This document shows, piece after piece, positions 18,501-27,589 of a DNA stretch of 52,763 nucleotides. The DNA comes from Candidatus Termititenax persephonae (GTDB lineage: Bacteria; Margulisbacteria; Termititenacia; Termititenacales; Termititenacaceae): assembly GCA_003864475.1 (NCBI GenBank), contig BGZO01000005.1:1-52763 (forward strand), in the 5' to 3' direction. The notes below the pieces were generated by a model. That model searched no databases. It worked only from the letters and a program-made list of their open reading frames with translations, and was not told where the DNA came from. The first letter of the stretch is position 1, and every line of letters starts with the position of its first letter. A program made the translations under genes and the position numbers.

Positions 18501-20160
18501 GGGTATCTGGCTGGATTTTGGTACGGGCTGGGTAACGGCGCAGATTACCGACAAGACTGCCCACGCGGCGGACTGGCAGTATCTTTGGAGCGTGCCGTCG
18601 GCTGACCCGGATGGGCAAACGTATTTTGTCTCGGCCAGTGTCTTGTCCGCCGCTGGTATGCGGTCGGAAGTTTCCCCAGCGGTGCTTGCGGTTTATCACA
18701 AGGATAGTTCCGGTCCGACAAGTAATTTTCTGAATCTGGCCCATGGTATTTTCCTGTCGCAGAGTCAGTTTATGGTGGCCGCGGAAACGCTCACGGAACG
18801 GGCAAAAATCCAAGAGGCTTATTTTATGGTCGATGGCGTAACCCAAAATCCTCCCTTCACGCTGGCTCCCGGCGCGTCCCGGTCAAATGACAATGTTTCT
18901 TGGAATTATTCTTGGGCGTGGAACAATCAGACGCATGAGGTTTTCATCCGCGCCGTGGACACGGCAGGCAATTGGACGGACTCGCCAACCATCTCTGTCC
19001 GCAGCTTCTCCGATGTTTTGACCGACCCTCTGCCGCCGGATGGGCTTATCCGCTTCCCCAATGACAAGGTTTACGCGACCAGTGTCAATAACGTAGCGCT
19101 GGATTTGCCTTACGACCCGGCGGCCAAGGTCAGGGTGTCTATCGCTGGTAGCGCCGCGCCGCCGCTCCCAGCCGTTATCGCCGATGACGGCAACGGTCGA
19201 CTCCGGGTCGAGCTGGATTCGGCCGCGCAGGAGACAGTGTATCTCATTAATATCTTGAATCCCGATGACACTTTGGCTTATCAGCAGTTGGTCATGTACG
19301 ACATTACGCCGCCGCGGGTCATCTATGATTTGGCGGCTCTGCAGAAGTACTATCAAGGCGCGATATTTTCGCTGGACAAGGATTTGGAATTCGAGATTCG
19401 GCTAGTGGACCGGGTTGCCTCCAGCAATAATAAATTTGCCCTATTGCCGCGCGGTAGTGGGTTTAATGCGCCGAATTTTGCCGACATCACGGGTGCTGAT
19501 TTGGCTGGAGCCGCCGCCAATACAGTATTGTTTTCTATATTCCAGGGTGGCACGACGGTCAATCAATCCGTGGCGGACAAGCGGTACGACCAGCGGAGCG
19601 AGACGCTGAGTTTCAAAGCCAGTTTGGGCAAAGGAACTTATGATTTGGCCTTGTTTGCGGTGGACAATGCCGGCAATAGAATGGATGTTGATTTTGATTT
19701 GCACAATATTTTGGACGTTGACCAGAAGAAAAATGACAATCTCCTGACCATGCTCGATGACTTGGGTACCACCAACAATATTTTTGTGATTAAAGGCTTG
19801 TCCATTGATAAGATGGCTATAAGCGAGTCGGGCGGTTTGGATAAAAAGAAATTCATCACGGCTTATCCTAATCCTTGTGATCCGGGCAAGGACGACCTGT
19901 TCTTTACCTATCACTTAAAGGACAATGCTTCCCGCGCCAGAATCATGATTTACAATCAAATTGGCGAGTTGCTTCACGTCATTAGCGTGGATGAGCCGGG
20001 TTTGGACGGCACGCGCGTCGGCTATAACCAAGTGTCGTGGGACGCTCTGGATAGGCACGGCCGTCTGCTGTCCAACGGTGTGTATATTTACATGATTGTG
20101 ATTGAGGGGAGCAAGGAACGGACATTTGCCAAAGGCACGCTGGTTGTGATTAGGAGATAA
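15520..20160 (+). CDS. Giant repeat surface protein, C-terminal part with T9SS/FlgD-Ig-type C-terminal domain
   Basis: Same frame as 12796 and continues the interrupted repeat. Ends AYPNP...IYNQIGELL...VSWDALDRHGRLLSNGVYIY...KGTLVVIRR. Confidence 0.85.
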   Translation: MGTEVRASANRNYSVAVISPDGTYYLRIQTVDAVGNTSAWQTVYTYVLDSTIPTGSVTINAGAEWTSQNSVTLTLDFSADVVSMNVDGGTPSGIMAVPLSKTMLFTLAGDDGEKTVTVTYYDAAGNTANPVVDTIKLDKTRPGMVEAGGILPPSTNPTPALSWTVTEPLDPLAGGVASGVTTYNIYWGDAEDGTAITAVRSSPNVTYNPTISGGQETTFNLRVQVVDALGNAGDWRTVWVYPFDDKPPTGSVSINVGFNESFTNSSLVTLNLAYSADVVSMNIADDDGQVSANLVPNAVYLWNFQADGEKIITVIFSDAAGNSFTATDSIKVDAYPPNLDAAYYIDSTAPTQNFALALEFSEEMLDTAVPLFSFDAAGGVGLDAASAWNAVSLNFYDLLLDVSGATGWVTVNLTGGAKDLAGNAAVPSPHFAVFYIDAIAPSGGVVINYGEALTGNPEVIILLDPRDDHSLPGEMFFMLVTPDSEVSDNAGITVNEWLPYQPTFSVNLEETLGTKNIAVRFKDKGGNESGLITASIVLDDSAVLWLLPTFNVVLDGNAVRVVSSNADTEFRFKSPYASGGADFYVSVNGLLHLITANIPPDQSGVYTYAWATLPLVSSGSTAAVEFYAAVTKDGQSVLCDNPLTVGVDKAAPSVTINVPNSLAINYVPTGSVIISGTATDNEQITAVDYVQVDIYQPDGTLAHSAKVPSASFADEVWEYTGWTIPALPSINATYNIEARAYDLLGNVSLVATSSVVKTDLYTRIYLDSPPTAAVSPRVWLSNPIVASGTVETFVELDRLEVTFNNSIFGNTVGTDNWTVSINPSASDFTQWTENLNPSTLTLSAVSIDNPPKISSQVFQFWLDGVPPNLVTINVTPNYHTAGTLNITGNFADAHSGVSAVLVSVNNATTTISSAANFAYVVNLSAAVPEMLIDFRALDSAYPTPNESAWLTYKLVYDEVLLPTAMITSPVSGSYVNNVMTVTGTAAVKDGSSVAGIWLDFGTGWVTAQITDKTAHAADWQYLWSVPSADPDGQTYFVSASVLSAAGMRSEVSPAVLAVYHKDSSGPTSNFLNLAHGIFLSQSQFMVAAETLTERAKIQEAYFMVDGVTQNPPFTLAPGASRSNDNVSWNYSWAWNNQTHEVFIRAVDTAGNWTDSPTISVRSFSDVLTDPLPPDGLIRFPNDKVYATSVNNVALDLPYDPAAKVRVSIAGSAAPPLPAVIADDGNGRLRVELDSAAQETVYLINILNPDDTLAYQQLVMYDITPPRVIYDLAALQKYYQGAIFSLDKDLEFEIRLVDRVASSNNKFALLPRGSGFNAPNFADITGADLAGAAANTVLFSIFQGGTTVNQSVADKRYDQRSETLSFKASLGKGTYDLALFAVDNAGNRMDVDFDLHNILDVDQKKNDNLLTMLDDLGTTNNIFVIKGLSIDKMAISESGGLDKKKFITAYPNPCDPGKDDLFFTYHLKDNASRARIMIYNQIGELLHVISVDEPGLDGTRVGYNQVSWDALDRHGRLLSNGVYIYMIVIEGSKERTFAKGTLVVIRR

Positions 20161-20162
20161 AA

Positions 20163-21257
20163 ATGAGACGCTGGATAGGGCTATTGTTAATTTGTGCCGC
20201 GAGTTTCGCCGCTTTTGAGGTCAATGGCGACGGTGCGCCCGTGGACTTTACCAAAATCGGCTCATCCGCGCGTTTCTGGGGCATGGGCAAGGCAGGCGTG
20301 GCTTTGGCAAACGATTCGGGCGCCTTGCTGCTCAATCCCGCGTCGATGGCGCTGGCGCATTCGTTGGAGCTCAGCGCGATGCACACGCAGACACTGGGCG
20401 TGAGCAATTATACTTTGTTTAACGGTGTTCTGCCTTTCAATAATAAAAATTTGATTTTTGGTTTCTCGTTTATTCATGAGGATGCGGGGACAATATATGA
20501 AACTAACGGTCTGGACGCAAACGGCTATCCGCTCAAAGGTGGCACGATTGACAACAGCAATGTTGTCGCCAGCCTCGGCTTTGGCGGCAAACTGTCCTTG
20601 TTTGGTGGACAACGGAATACCTATCTCGGCCTGCTCCTAAAGAATCATCAACGCCACTTGGGCGAACTGACTGCCGGCGGCACGGCGTTAGACTTGGGCG
20701 TGATTTATCGGCTAGGCCACATTTTTTCGCTGGGACTCAATGTGCGTAATGCTTGGCAGAGCGGTCTGAATTATTCTGTTTCTGAGCGGAGCGGTTTTGA
20801 GCATTATCCGACGGAGTATGTGGCGGGTTTTGCCTTGACGATGCTGGATAATAATCTGATGCTGGCCCTTGACAAGGCGATTAGCGAAACGGACAGCAAA
20901 ACATACTTCGGCTTGGAATATATAATTGCCGAGACGGTCTCCCTGCGTTCTGGTCTGGCGGATAAGGATATGACGCTGGGCTTAGGGTTGCGCCTGGTGG
21001 ATTTGCAGTTTGACGTGGGGTATCGTTATCAAGACGCGCCGCTGGACAATCAGCTTTATTTTTCGATTACTTACGGCAATGCGCGTAGCCTGTTTATGGA
21101 TGTGCCGACGGACTTGGAGATTATTGACGCGCCGCGTGCGGAACCGGAGAAGATTGTCGTTTACCCGCCGCCTGTTGAGCCGCCGCCTCAATCCACGTAT
21201 AATGATAAGCGGACTAACGTTGCTATAGAGAATCGTCCAGAGGAGATTACCTTATGA
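20163..21257 (+). CDS. PorV/PorQ-family (UPF0164-like) outer-membrane beta-barrel
   Basis: Signal peptide; SARFWGMGKAGVALANDSGALLLNPASMA family motif; amphipathic strands such as ALDLGVIYR and GLEY...LRSG. Confidence 0.75.
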   Translation: MRRWIGLLLICAASFAAFEVNGDGAPVDFTKIGSSARFWGMGKAGVALANDSGALLLNPASMALAHSLELSAMHTQTLGVSNYTLFNGVLPFNNKNLIFGFSFIHEDAGTIYETNGLDANGYPLKGGTIDNSNVVASLGFGGKLSLFGGQRNTYLGLLLKNHQRHLGELTAGGTALDLGVIYRLGHIFSLGLNVRNAWQSGLNYSVSERSGFEHYPTEYVAGFALTMLDNNLMLALDKAISETDSKTYFGLEYIIAETVSLRSGLADKDMTLGLGLRLVDLQFDVGYRYQDAPLDNQLYFSITYGNARSLFMDVPTDLEIIDAPRAEPEKIVVYPPPVEPPPQSTYNDKRTNVAIENRPEEITL

Positions 21258-23509
21258 CGAAAAAGTTAAGGTTTTTGCCGCTCATTCTGTTGCTGACTCT
21301 GGCGCTGACGGCCGAGCAGATTACCTATACGGCCAAGGAAAAAATTTCCCTGCAAGGCAAAGCTAATAGCAATGTATTGATTGAAGTTTATGTTAATGTC
21401 AAAAAGGTAGCGGAAACCAGGACGAATGATAACGGCGAGTGGGTGGCCTACAATATCCCGCTCAACCTCAATACCAAGAATGAACTGTATGCCGTGGCGG
21501 TCAGCAGTGATGGCATGCGCAGCAAGACTTCGACCAAATTGACTATTATCAATGACACGACCATTCCTAAAATTTATAGTGCGGTGCTGGAGCCGCCGCG
21601 TGCTAAGCCAGGCGATACGGTCAAGATTTATGCCAAAGTAGAGGACACAGTTATTACAGCGCGGGCAATCATGCCGGACAATGCCTTGGTGGCCCTGCTC
21701 CCGCCAACCAACAGCAATATCGACGACAATTGGACGGGCGAGTGGAAAGTTCCCGAAAAAATCACGGGCGGGACTTACAAAGTGCTGGTCGGCGCGGCCA
21801 ATCGTGTTGGCACGCAGGCGCAGAATAGTGAAATAGACCTTTTGATTGATGCTAAGGCAAGTGTGCTTGTCCAAGCCCCCTTGGACGGTGCGCGGATTTA
21901 CGATGACACGCTGGTTGTGAGCGGCGTGGCACGCAATAGCGTGCAGGTCGAGGCCGGAGTTGAGCGGCTGGATTTACAGCCTGACGGGTCTTTTTCAGGC
22001 CTTTACCGTATCCCCAAACCGGGGCGCAATCAATTGATTGTAACGGCGCGGGACAGGTCAGGCAGTACTGTTGAGCAGGCCGTCAGTTTTATCAAGCTGA
22101 TTACGTTCCCGGATATTCAAAATCATTGGGCGAGAGCAGAAATAGAATACTTGGCGACGCTGGGCTATATTCAGGCTTATGAGAGCGGGGCTTATGCTCC
22201 CGATAACGGCATTTCGCGTGCTGAACTGGCGACCTTGCTGGTCCGGGCGCGGCAAATGTCCACGGCACAGTATTCCGCCTATACCACCTCTTCATTTCTG
22301 GATGTGCCGAAAGGCTACTGGGCTTTGGGCTATATCGAAGCGGCGGCGAACAGCGGCATTGTCGAGGGTTATCCCAACCGCACGTATAAACCGACCAATC
22401 CTGTAACTAGGGTAGAGGCCGCCGCGCTCTTTATCCGTTTTGCCAATATCCCTCCTGCTGATGGTCGTGCCGCGGCGGATATCGATGTGGGCGATAGGCA
22501 TTGGGGGCGGGGCATAGTCTCGGCGTTCAAGTCCTCAGGCTTGATGCCTGACCAGTGGAAAAGCGAGCAGAGGTTTCAGCCCAATCGGGCGATTACCCGC
22601 GGCGAAGTAGCCGCTATTTTGGCCAGAGTGAAGAGCGTCAATGTGGACATTGAAAATATGCTTGGCCGCCCGACTACGTGGGCCAGCGGCGGCTCGGTCT
22701 TGCCCCAAGCCTTTGTTTCTAACGAAAACACCGCTCTTTCCGAGGCAACGACGGACGGCTCATCGGTTATCATGGCAGTTGTCCTGCCGCGCGATGTTTT
22801 GCCCGGCAATGACGTGATTATTTCGGTGGCTTGTATGCAAAAAATGCGGCAAGTGTCCGTGATTTTACCGGACAAGCGGCATTTGCCCCTGCAGTACAAC
22901 GCGACTTCCGACCTCTGGGAAAATAGCTGGCGTATCCCCAATGATTTAAGTTCGGGATTGTATCAGCTGCCAGTCAGGGCGTTGGCGGATAGTGGTACGA
23001 TATTTGCGGCACAGACTGACCCTTTTGCTGTAACCAACGCCCAGAAAATAAATCAGCCGTATCTGCCGCAGGAAACCCCGCAGACTTTTCCCGAACAGCA
23101 GACGACGGTTTTCAGCGGCGACGGCTATGTGTATCCGCCCGTAGTAGCGGCGGCGGCTCAACCTCGCGCTGACGGTGTGTCTGCCCCGGCTCCGGCGGCG
23201 GGCGGCACCTTGACCAGAGCGGCGGCGGCGGCTATTTTAGCCAAACATGGTTATCTGCGGCAGGCCAAAGTTTCTGCCCCGCCCGCCAAGGATGTCGCCT
23301 TGACGCATCCGCAGGTGCAGGTTATCAAGTCGGCTATTGTTACGGGTCTAATCCCGAATAAAAAACCCGGTTACTTCCTGCCCAACGACCACTTGACTTA
23401 TCCCGAAGCGGCGGCCATCCTGCAAAGAGCCAAAATCAGCGGCAGTGTGCCGCCAGGCCAGGGCAATATCTCTCCCGCTGAGTTTGAAGACTTGGTTACA
23501 CGTCGTTAA
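21254..23509 (+). CDS. S-layer homology (SLH) domain protein with Ig-like domains
   Basis: FPDIQNHWARAEIEYLATLGYI...ISRAELA, FLDVPKGYWA...VEGYPNRTYKPTNPVTRVEAA, FQPNRAITRGEVAAILAR; signal peptide. Confidence 0.88.
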   Translation: MTKKLRFLPLILLLTLALTAEQITYTAKEKISLQGKANSNVLIEVYVNVKKVAETRTNDNGEWVAYNIPLNLNTKNELYAVAVSSDGMRSKTSTKLTIINDTTIPKIYSAVLEPPRAKPGDTVKIYAKVEDTVITARAIMPDNALVALLPPTNSNIDDNWTGEWKVPEKITGGTYKVLVGAANRVGTQAQNSEIDLLIDAKASVLVQAPLDGARIYDDTLVVSGVARNSVQVEAGVERLDLQPDGSFSGLYRIPKPGRNQLIVTARDRSGSTVEQAVSFIKLITFPDIQNHWARAEIEYLATLGYIQAYESGAYAPDNGISRAELATLLVRARQMSTAQYSAYTTSSFLDVPKGYWALGYIEAAANSGIVEGYPNRTYKPTNPVTRVEAAALFIRFANIPPADGRAAADIDVGDRHWGRGIVSAFKSSGLMPDQWKSEQRFQPNRAITRGEVAAILARVKSVNVDIENMLGRPTTWASGGSVLPQAFVSNENTALSEATTDGSSVIMAVVLPRDVLPGNDVIISVACMQKMRQVSVILPDKRHLPLQYNATSDLWENSWRIPNDLSSGLYQLPVRALADSGTIFAAQTDPFAVTNAQKINQPYLPQETPQTFPEQQTTVFSGDGYVYPPVVAAAAQPRADGVSAPAPAAGGTLTRAAAAAILAKHGYLRQAKVSAPPAKDVALTHPQVQVIKSAIVTGLIPNKKPGYFLPNDHLTYPEAAAILQRAKISGSVPPGQGNISPAEFEDLVTRR

Positions 23510-23524
23510 GAAGGATATCATCTC

Positions 23525-23878
23525 ATGAAATACCTGCCCAAGCTACTTTTGCCGCTGGTCGTTTTTTTCTCTGGGTTGTCCGCGTTTCCCGGCGGCGAAT
23601 TGGTTTTGTTTCCCTCGCCGGCTACAGACAATATTAATATCTGCTATGAATTGAAATCCGCGCAGAAAGTCAGCCTCTTGATTTACAATCTCAACGGGCA
23701 AATGCTTTTGCGGCGTGATTTTAACAGCAACCAGCCGGGCGGCCATGCCGGATACAATCAAGTCAAGGTCGAATTAAATACGCCCCACGGCAGGACTTTG
23801 GGTAATGGAGTTTACGTCGCTGTTCTGAAGAGTAGAAACAGCGTTCCCGTGCGGGTCAAATTCAGCATATTAAGATGA
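23525..23878 (+). CDS. Small secreted protein consisting only of a T9SS-type/FlgD-Ig C-terminal domain
   Basis: Signal peptide, then LFPSPATD...VSLLIYNLNGQML...GYNQV...LGNGVYVAVL. Confidence 0.72.
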   Translation: MKYLPKLLLPLVVFFSGLSAFPGGELVLFPSPATDNINICYELKSAQKVSLLIYNLNGQMLLRRDFNSNQPGGHAGYNQVKVELNTPHGRTLGNGVYVAVLKSRNSVPVRVKFSILR

Positions 23879-26187
23879 AAAAGATATTAAGCCTTATTCT
23901 CCTGATGTCCCTGAGTTTGTCCGCCGAGGTGGTAACGGAGTTGGACGGTTATTTTTTTTCGCCGCGCACGGTCGCGCTCGGCATGGCTGGGACGGCGGAT
24001 AAAGCGACAGATATTTTTGTCAGCCAATACGGCTTGGCGGGGCTAAAAGATTTTGGTCTGGCGCTTTCCGGCTACCAGTTCTTCACTGACACCGATTATC
24101 TAAACGCGGCGGTCTATTTTCCGCTCGGAAGCGTGGGCATAGGCTTGGGTTATCGTCTGCGTTCTGTGCCGGACGTTTTGGTTACGCTGCCGGATATTAT
24201 CGGGGCGAATGGCCGTCCTGACCCCAGCCGTTTGGCACACCTGACCTATCAACAGAGTACATTTTATCTGGCCTTGGGTATTCCGCTGGGCAGTATGTTT
24301 GACCTCGGGCTGGCTTACAAAAGTTATTCGATAGGCAATGATTATGCTGCCCTGTCCAAATTGTCCGCGCGGGGCAATAATCTCGACGCGGGTTTACTCG
24401 CCAAGCTGGGTAAAGTCTGGTCAGTCAGCCTGCTGGGGCGCAATGTGCTGTCCGGTCAAGGCGTGAATGGCGCACTGGTCTGGGGCAATGACTCGGTTGA
24501 ACGTCCGCTCCAGTCGGTCGTGCTGGGGAACAAGCTGGCTTTGGCGGACGAGAAGGTGTTGTATTTCCTTGACGTGGAGCAGTATGCCGATGATTATTAT
24601 CCGGCGCTTTGGCGGACGGGGGCGGAATTTGTTTTGAGCGATTACTTGACTTTACGCTGGGGATTGCGCCAATACACGGTTTTGACCGGAGAAGAATCAC
24701 AGCGGATTTCTGTGGCAGGCTCTGGCGGTCTGCGCCTGACTCCTAGGCGCGGCTGGCATCTGGATTATGCCTACTATACAGGCGACAATCAGACCTTGGC
24801 GGCCATGCATTATGCTGGCTTAGCGGTGAATCTTGCCGCCGTTAGTCCACCCCAGCCGGAAGAGCCAACCTCGAAAGAAGAAAGGGCGGCAGTCGGCGTG
24901 GATAATGTGAGCGCCTCTCCGTCCCGGCCTGCGGGGGGCTGTTCTTTTCCAGATTGGCAGGAATCCTGCGCCGCAATCCGCGACAAGGATTTGACTTATT
25001 TAGTTTTTACGCCCGAGTGGCGGCAAAATTTTATCAATACCCGGCTGGGGCTGGAGGAGTTCGCGCCCTATGCCGTGCAGACACTGGATTTGGTTTTGCC
25101 GGATGAGTTGAACGAGGCGGTCGAGCCAGTGGATGTTCTTTATTTTTATAATTTGCTGGGCGGTCCGACGGAGGGTGTGTTTACCATAACGCGGTTTGGG
25201 CGTTTTACGCTGGGGCATTTGGCAGAGATACTGGCGCGGGTGGAGGGTTACGGCGCGGCTTTGGACGCGAGTCCCGACCCGCAAGAGCAGGCGGTGGCCG
25301 TCTTGGCGGCGGGCGGACAATACTCCGCCGCGGATTTTGAGCCGCGCGCTGGCGAGATAACCTTGGCCAAGGCGGAGTCTTTGCTGCTGCGGACGACCAG
25401 GGCGCGCCACCGTCTCGCCGAACAGTATGGCGCGGCGCCGCTGGCTTGGCTGGACCGCGCGGAGCAAAATCAAGGCAGGCTCGCCCTGCGATTTTATAAC
25501 ACAGAATGTTTAAGCGGTTATAGCTGGGTTAGCGGCGGGCAAAATTTTGCCGCCTCGCTCAATGCGGAAGGACAGGCCGTGGTATGGATTACGCCGGACA
25601 GCTCTGCCCCGCTGAGGATTACGGCTTATGACAAACTAGCTAAGGCTTGGCATTTTACGGTTAATTGGCGGCGGCGCACGGCGGAAAATGCCGATTCTAT
25701 TGCCCGACCCTTGGCAGGTGCGGAGGCAAGTGTCCGCCAGCCGCCGCCGGACGAGGTGCGTGTGCAGACAGTGATTGCGATTGTCTTGGACAAGGAATAC
25801 GCGGGGCGGCCAAGCCAGACAGACGGCGGGCAGAGCCAGAGCCGCGCTACCACAATTAAACCTGCTCCCCCGCCGCAGCTGAAGCCGCCTGTCCCAGCTA
25901 AAAAAAGGCGTTTGAACAAGGCTTATTATCCGGTGGAGATTAAGTTTTCGCCGGCTCGGCCACGGCCTGGACAGGTTTTATTAATTACCGCCAAATATGA
26001 TTCCGCCAAGATTCGCAAAGTGTCCGCTTTGATTAAGGGTCAGCAGATTCCCCTGCGCCGGGCGGCGGGCGGGGTCTGGCAAAGACAATACAATTTGCCG
26101 CCGGGGCATCAGACTTTGTACATCAAGATTTTTTGCGAGGACGCGCAGGGGAATCTGTCGATGACCGAGAAAGTGCTGACGTACTGA
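23875..26187 (+). CDS. Divergent PorV-like beta-barrel fused to a C-terminal extension (degenerate SLH-like and Ig-like segments)
   Basis: SPRTVALGMAG N-terminal motif; LDAGLLAK, GAEFVLSDYLTLRWG and LDYAY strands; C-terminal FSPARPRPGQVLLITAKY resembles Ig units of the SLH protein. Confidence 0.65.
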   Translation: MKKILSLILLMSLSLSAEVVTELDGYFFSPRTVALGMAGTADKATDIFVSQYGLAGLKDFGLALSGYQFFTDTDYLNAAVYFPLGSVGIGLGYRLRSVPDVLVTLPDIIGANGRPDPSRLAHLTYQQSTFYLALGIPLGSMFDLGLAYKSYSIGNDYAALSKLSARGNNLDAGLLAKLGKVWSVSLLGRNVLSGQGVNGALVWGNDSVERPLQSVVLGNKLALADEKVLYFLDVEQYADDYYPALWRTGAEFVLSDYLTLRWGLRQYTVLTGEESQRISVAGSGGLRLTPRRGWHLDYAYYTGDNQTLAAMHYAGLAVNLAAVSPPQPEEPTSKEERAAVGVDNVSASPSRPAGGCSFPDWQESCAAIRDKDLTYLVFTPEWRQNFINTRLGLEEFAPYAVQTLDLVLPDELNEAVEPVDVLYFYNLLGGPTEGVFTITRFGRFTLGHLAEILARVEGYGAALDASPDPQEQAVAVLAAGGQYSAADFEPRAGEITLAKAESLLLRTTRARHRLAEQYGAAPLAWLDRAEQNQGRLALRFYNTECLSGYSWVSGGQNFAASLNAEGQAVVWITPDSSAPLRITAYDKLAKAWHFTVNWRRRTAENADSIARPLAGAEASVRQPPPDEVRVQTVIAIVLDKEYAGRPSQTDGGQSQSRATTIKPAPPPQLKPPVPAKKRRLNKAYYPVEIKFSPARPRPGQVLLITAKYDSAKIRKVSALIKGQQIPLRRAAGGVWQRQYNLPPGHQTLYIKIFCEDAQGNLSMTEKVLTY

Positions 26188-26569
26188 GAATCAGAATCAA
26201 CAGGGCAATTAAGAACGAGACAGGGACAGTCCAAGTGCGCCAGCCAGTCAGGAAGCCCAGACCCAGCGCGACGACATGTCGCTTCTCCCGCAAAGGCGAG
26301 AATGTTTCACTGAGCAGGGCCAGCAGACAGCCGCAGAATAAGACCAACGGACTGTCCAGCCAGAAATTACCGAGCAGGCAGAGCAACCAGCCTTTGCCCA
26401 AGAAGATAAAATCAATCAAGACATTCAGCCAAGCCAGCCAGACCAAGATTGCCCCGGTCTGGGGACGCACCGCCCGTTTGGGAAAAAGCCGGACGGCGTA
26501 ATGCTCAATCGGTAAAAAACAAAGACCGCAACAGGCGGTCAGATAGATAAGCAAATAGAGCATGAACAT
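26123..26569 (-). CDS. Small membrane protein, divergent PlsY-like
   Basis: Highly hydrophobic; DFIFLGKG and FSPLREKRHVVALGLG loosely resemble PlsY motifs but catalytic motifs look degenerate. Confidence 0.45.
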   Translation of the reverse strand: MFMLYLLIYLTACCGLCFLPIEHYAVRLFPKRAVRPQTGAILVWLAWLNVLIDFIFLGKGWLLCLLGNFWLDSPLVLFCGCLLALLSETFSPLREKRHVVALGLGFLTGWRTWTVPVSFLIALLILILSTSALSRSSTDSPARPRKKS

Positions 26570-27280
26570 TTAGACCCTAGCCAATCGATGAGTTTTTCGC
26601 TGGGCGTTGATTTTCTCATAGACAAAATCTGCGGACAATAAAGGGTCAAGCCGCTGGGCTATTTCCAGATTGGCTAGGCGGTGTTCTTGGCGGCGTTCGT
26701 TTTCCTCGGCGGTTTCTTTGTTGTTTTTGATTCTGATTTTTAAGACTTCCGCGTCAGCCAGATTAGTTTCCTTATAAATCTCCGCGGCCTGCAGGGCATC
26801 TTTTTTAGCCAGCAAATCTTGGACAGAGACGAAAGCAATCGGCGGTCTTTCGCCAAAATAATTAACCTTGGCGTGAGGAGAATTGTTCGTGGCGAGCCTA
26901 GGGTCGCTTTGCCGCAAAATATTGACCGCCAAATCGACAATGGTTTCTTCGGGATGCGCTTTTCGGCGTTCCAGCATTTGCGTAAAACTAATGCTCCTGC
27001 CGTCTTGATTGTATTTTTGAATGATGCCGAGGGCATGTCCGACAACTAAATCCATGATAAGGATTACGTCTTTTTCATTCTGGGCATTGTATTTAGCCAC
27101 CGCGTCGGCAATCTCTTTATGAGTATGGCCATTGAGATATTCCGTGGTGGTCAAGCCGCGTTGCTTAGCTTGATTGGCGGCGGTCAAGGCAACCAAATTT
27201 TCCACAATCTCGCGCTGAGACCGGGTGTTGGCGGCTTGATAATCTTGTATATTTACTGCTTGTAAATTACTGAGGGACAT
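26570..27280 (-). CDS. Hypothetical alpha-helical protein, no signal peptide
   Basis: 236 aa open frame, coiled-coil-like C-terminus, upstream sigma28-like motif. Confidence 0.7.
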   Translation of the reverse strand: MSLSNLQAVNIQDYQAANTRSQREIVENLVALTAANQAKQRGLTTTEYLNGHTHKEIADAVAKYNAQNEKDVILIMDLVVGHALGIIQKYNQDGRSISFTQMLERRKAHPEETIVDLAVNILRQSDPRLATNNSPHAKVNYFGERPPIAFVSVQDLLAKKDALQAAEIYKETNLADAEVLKIRIKNNKETAEENERRQEHRLANLEIAQRLDPLLSADFVYEKINAQRKTHRLARV

Positions 27281-27334
27281 GTTCTAGGTCCTTTCTTCCC
27301 CCCTAAAAGCATATCCTTCTAATCTTATATTTCT

Positions 27335-27363
27335 ATATCGATGGAATTCGGGCAAAACTTGCA
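27335..27363 (-). promoter_or_regulatory. sigma28-like promoter motif
   Basis: Minus strand TGCAA-N18-CGATAT. Confidence 0.5.
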
Positions 27364-27404
27364 TGACTTGGTATAAATTTCTGAAAACAGGGTATTATAC
27401 ATAT

Positions 27405-27488
27405 ATGTATTTTTGTGGGAAAAATATTGCTTTTGCGAAAGCTGACGGCATGGCTTCTTCGCCCTTTATATTTACTGGGGGGGGGTAA
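27405..27488 (+). other. Out-of-frame 5' segment of the GT2 gene ending in a G9 tract (27477-27485)
   Basis: ATG27405...ACT GGG GGG GGG TAA. One extra G joins it to the frame that is open from 27485 into the GT2 ORF. Confidence 0.6.
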
Positions 27489-27589
27489 CAACTTCCTCTG
27501 AAGCCTACAAAAATATCACGTTAGACCTAAAACCTAATGTTGAGATACACCCAATACAGCAAAGCATCAATGACTATAGCGCACAAAAT

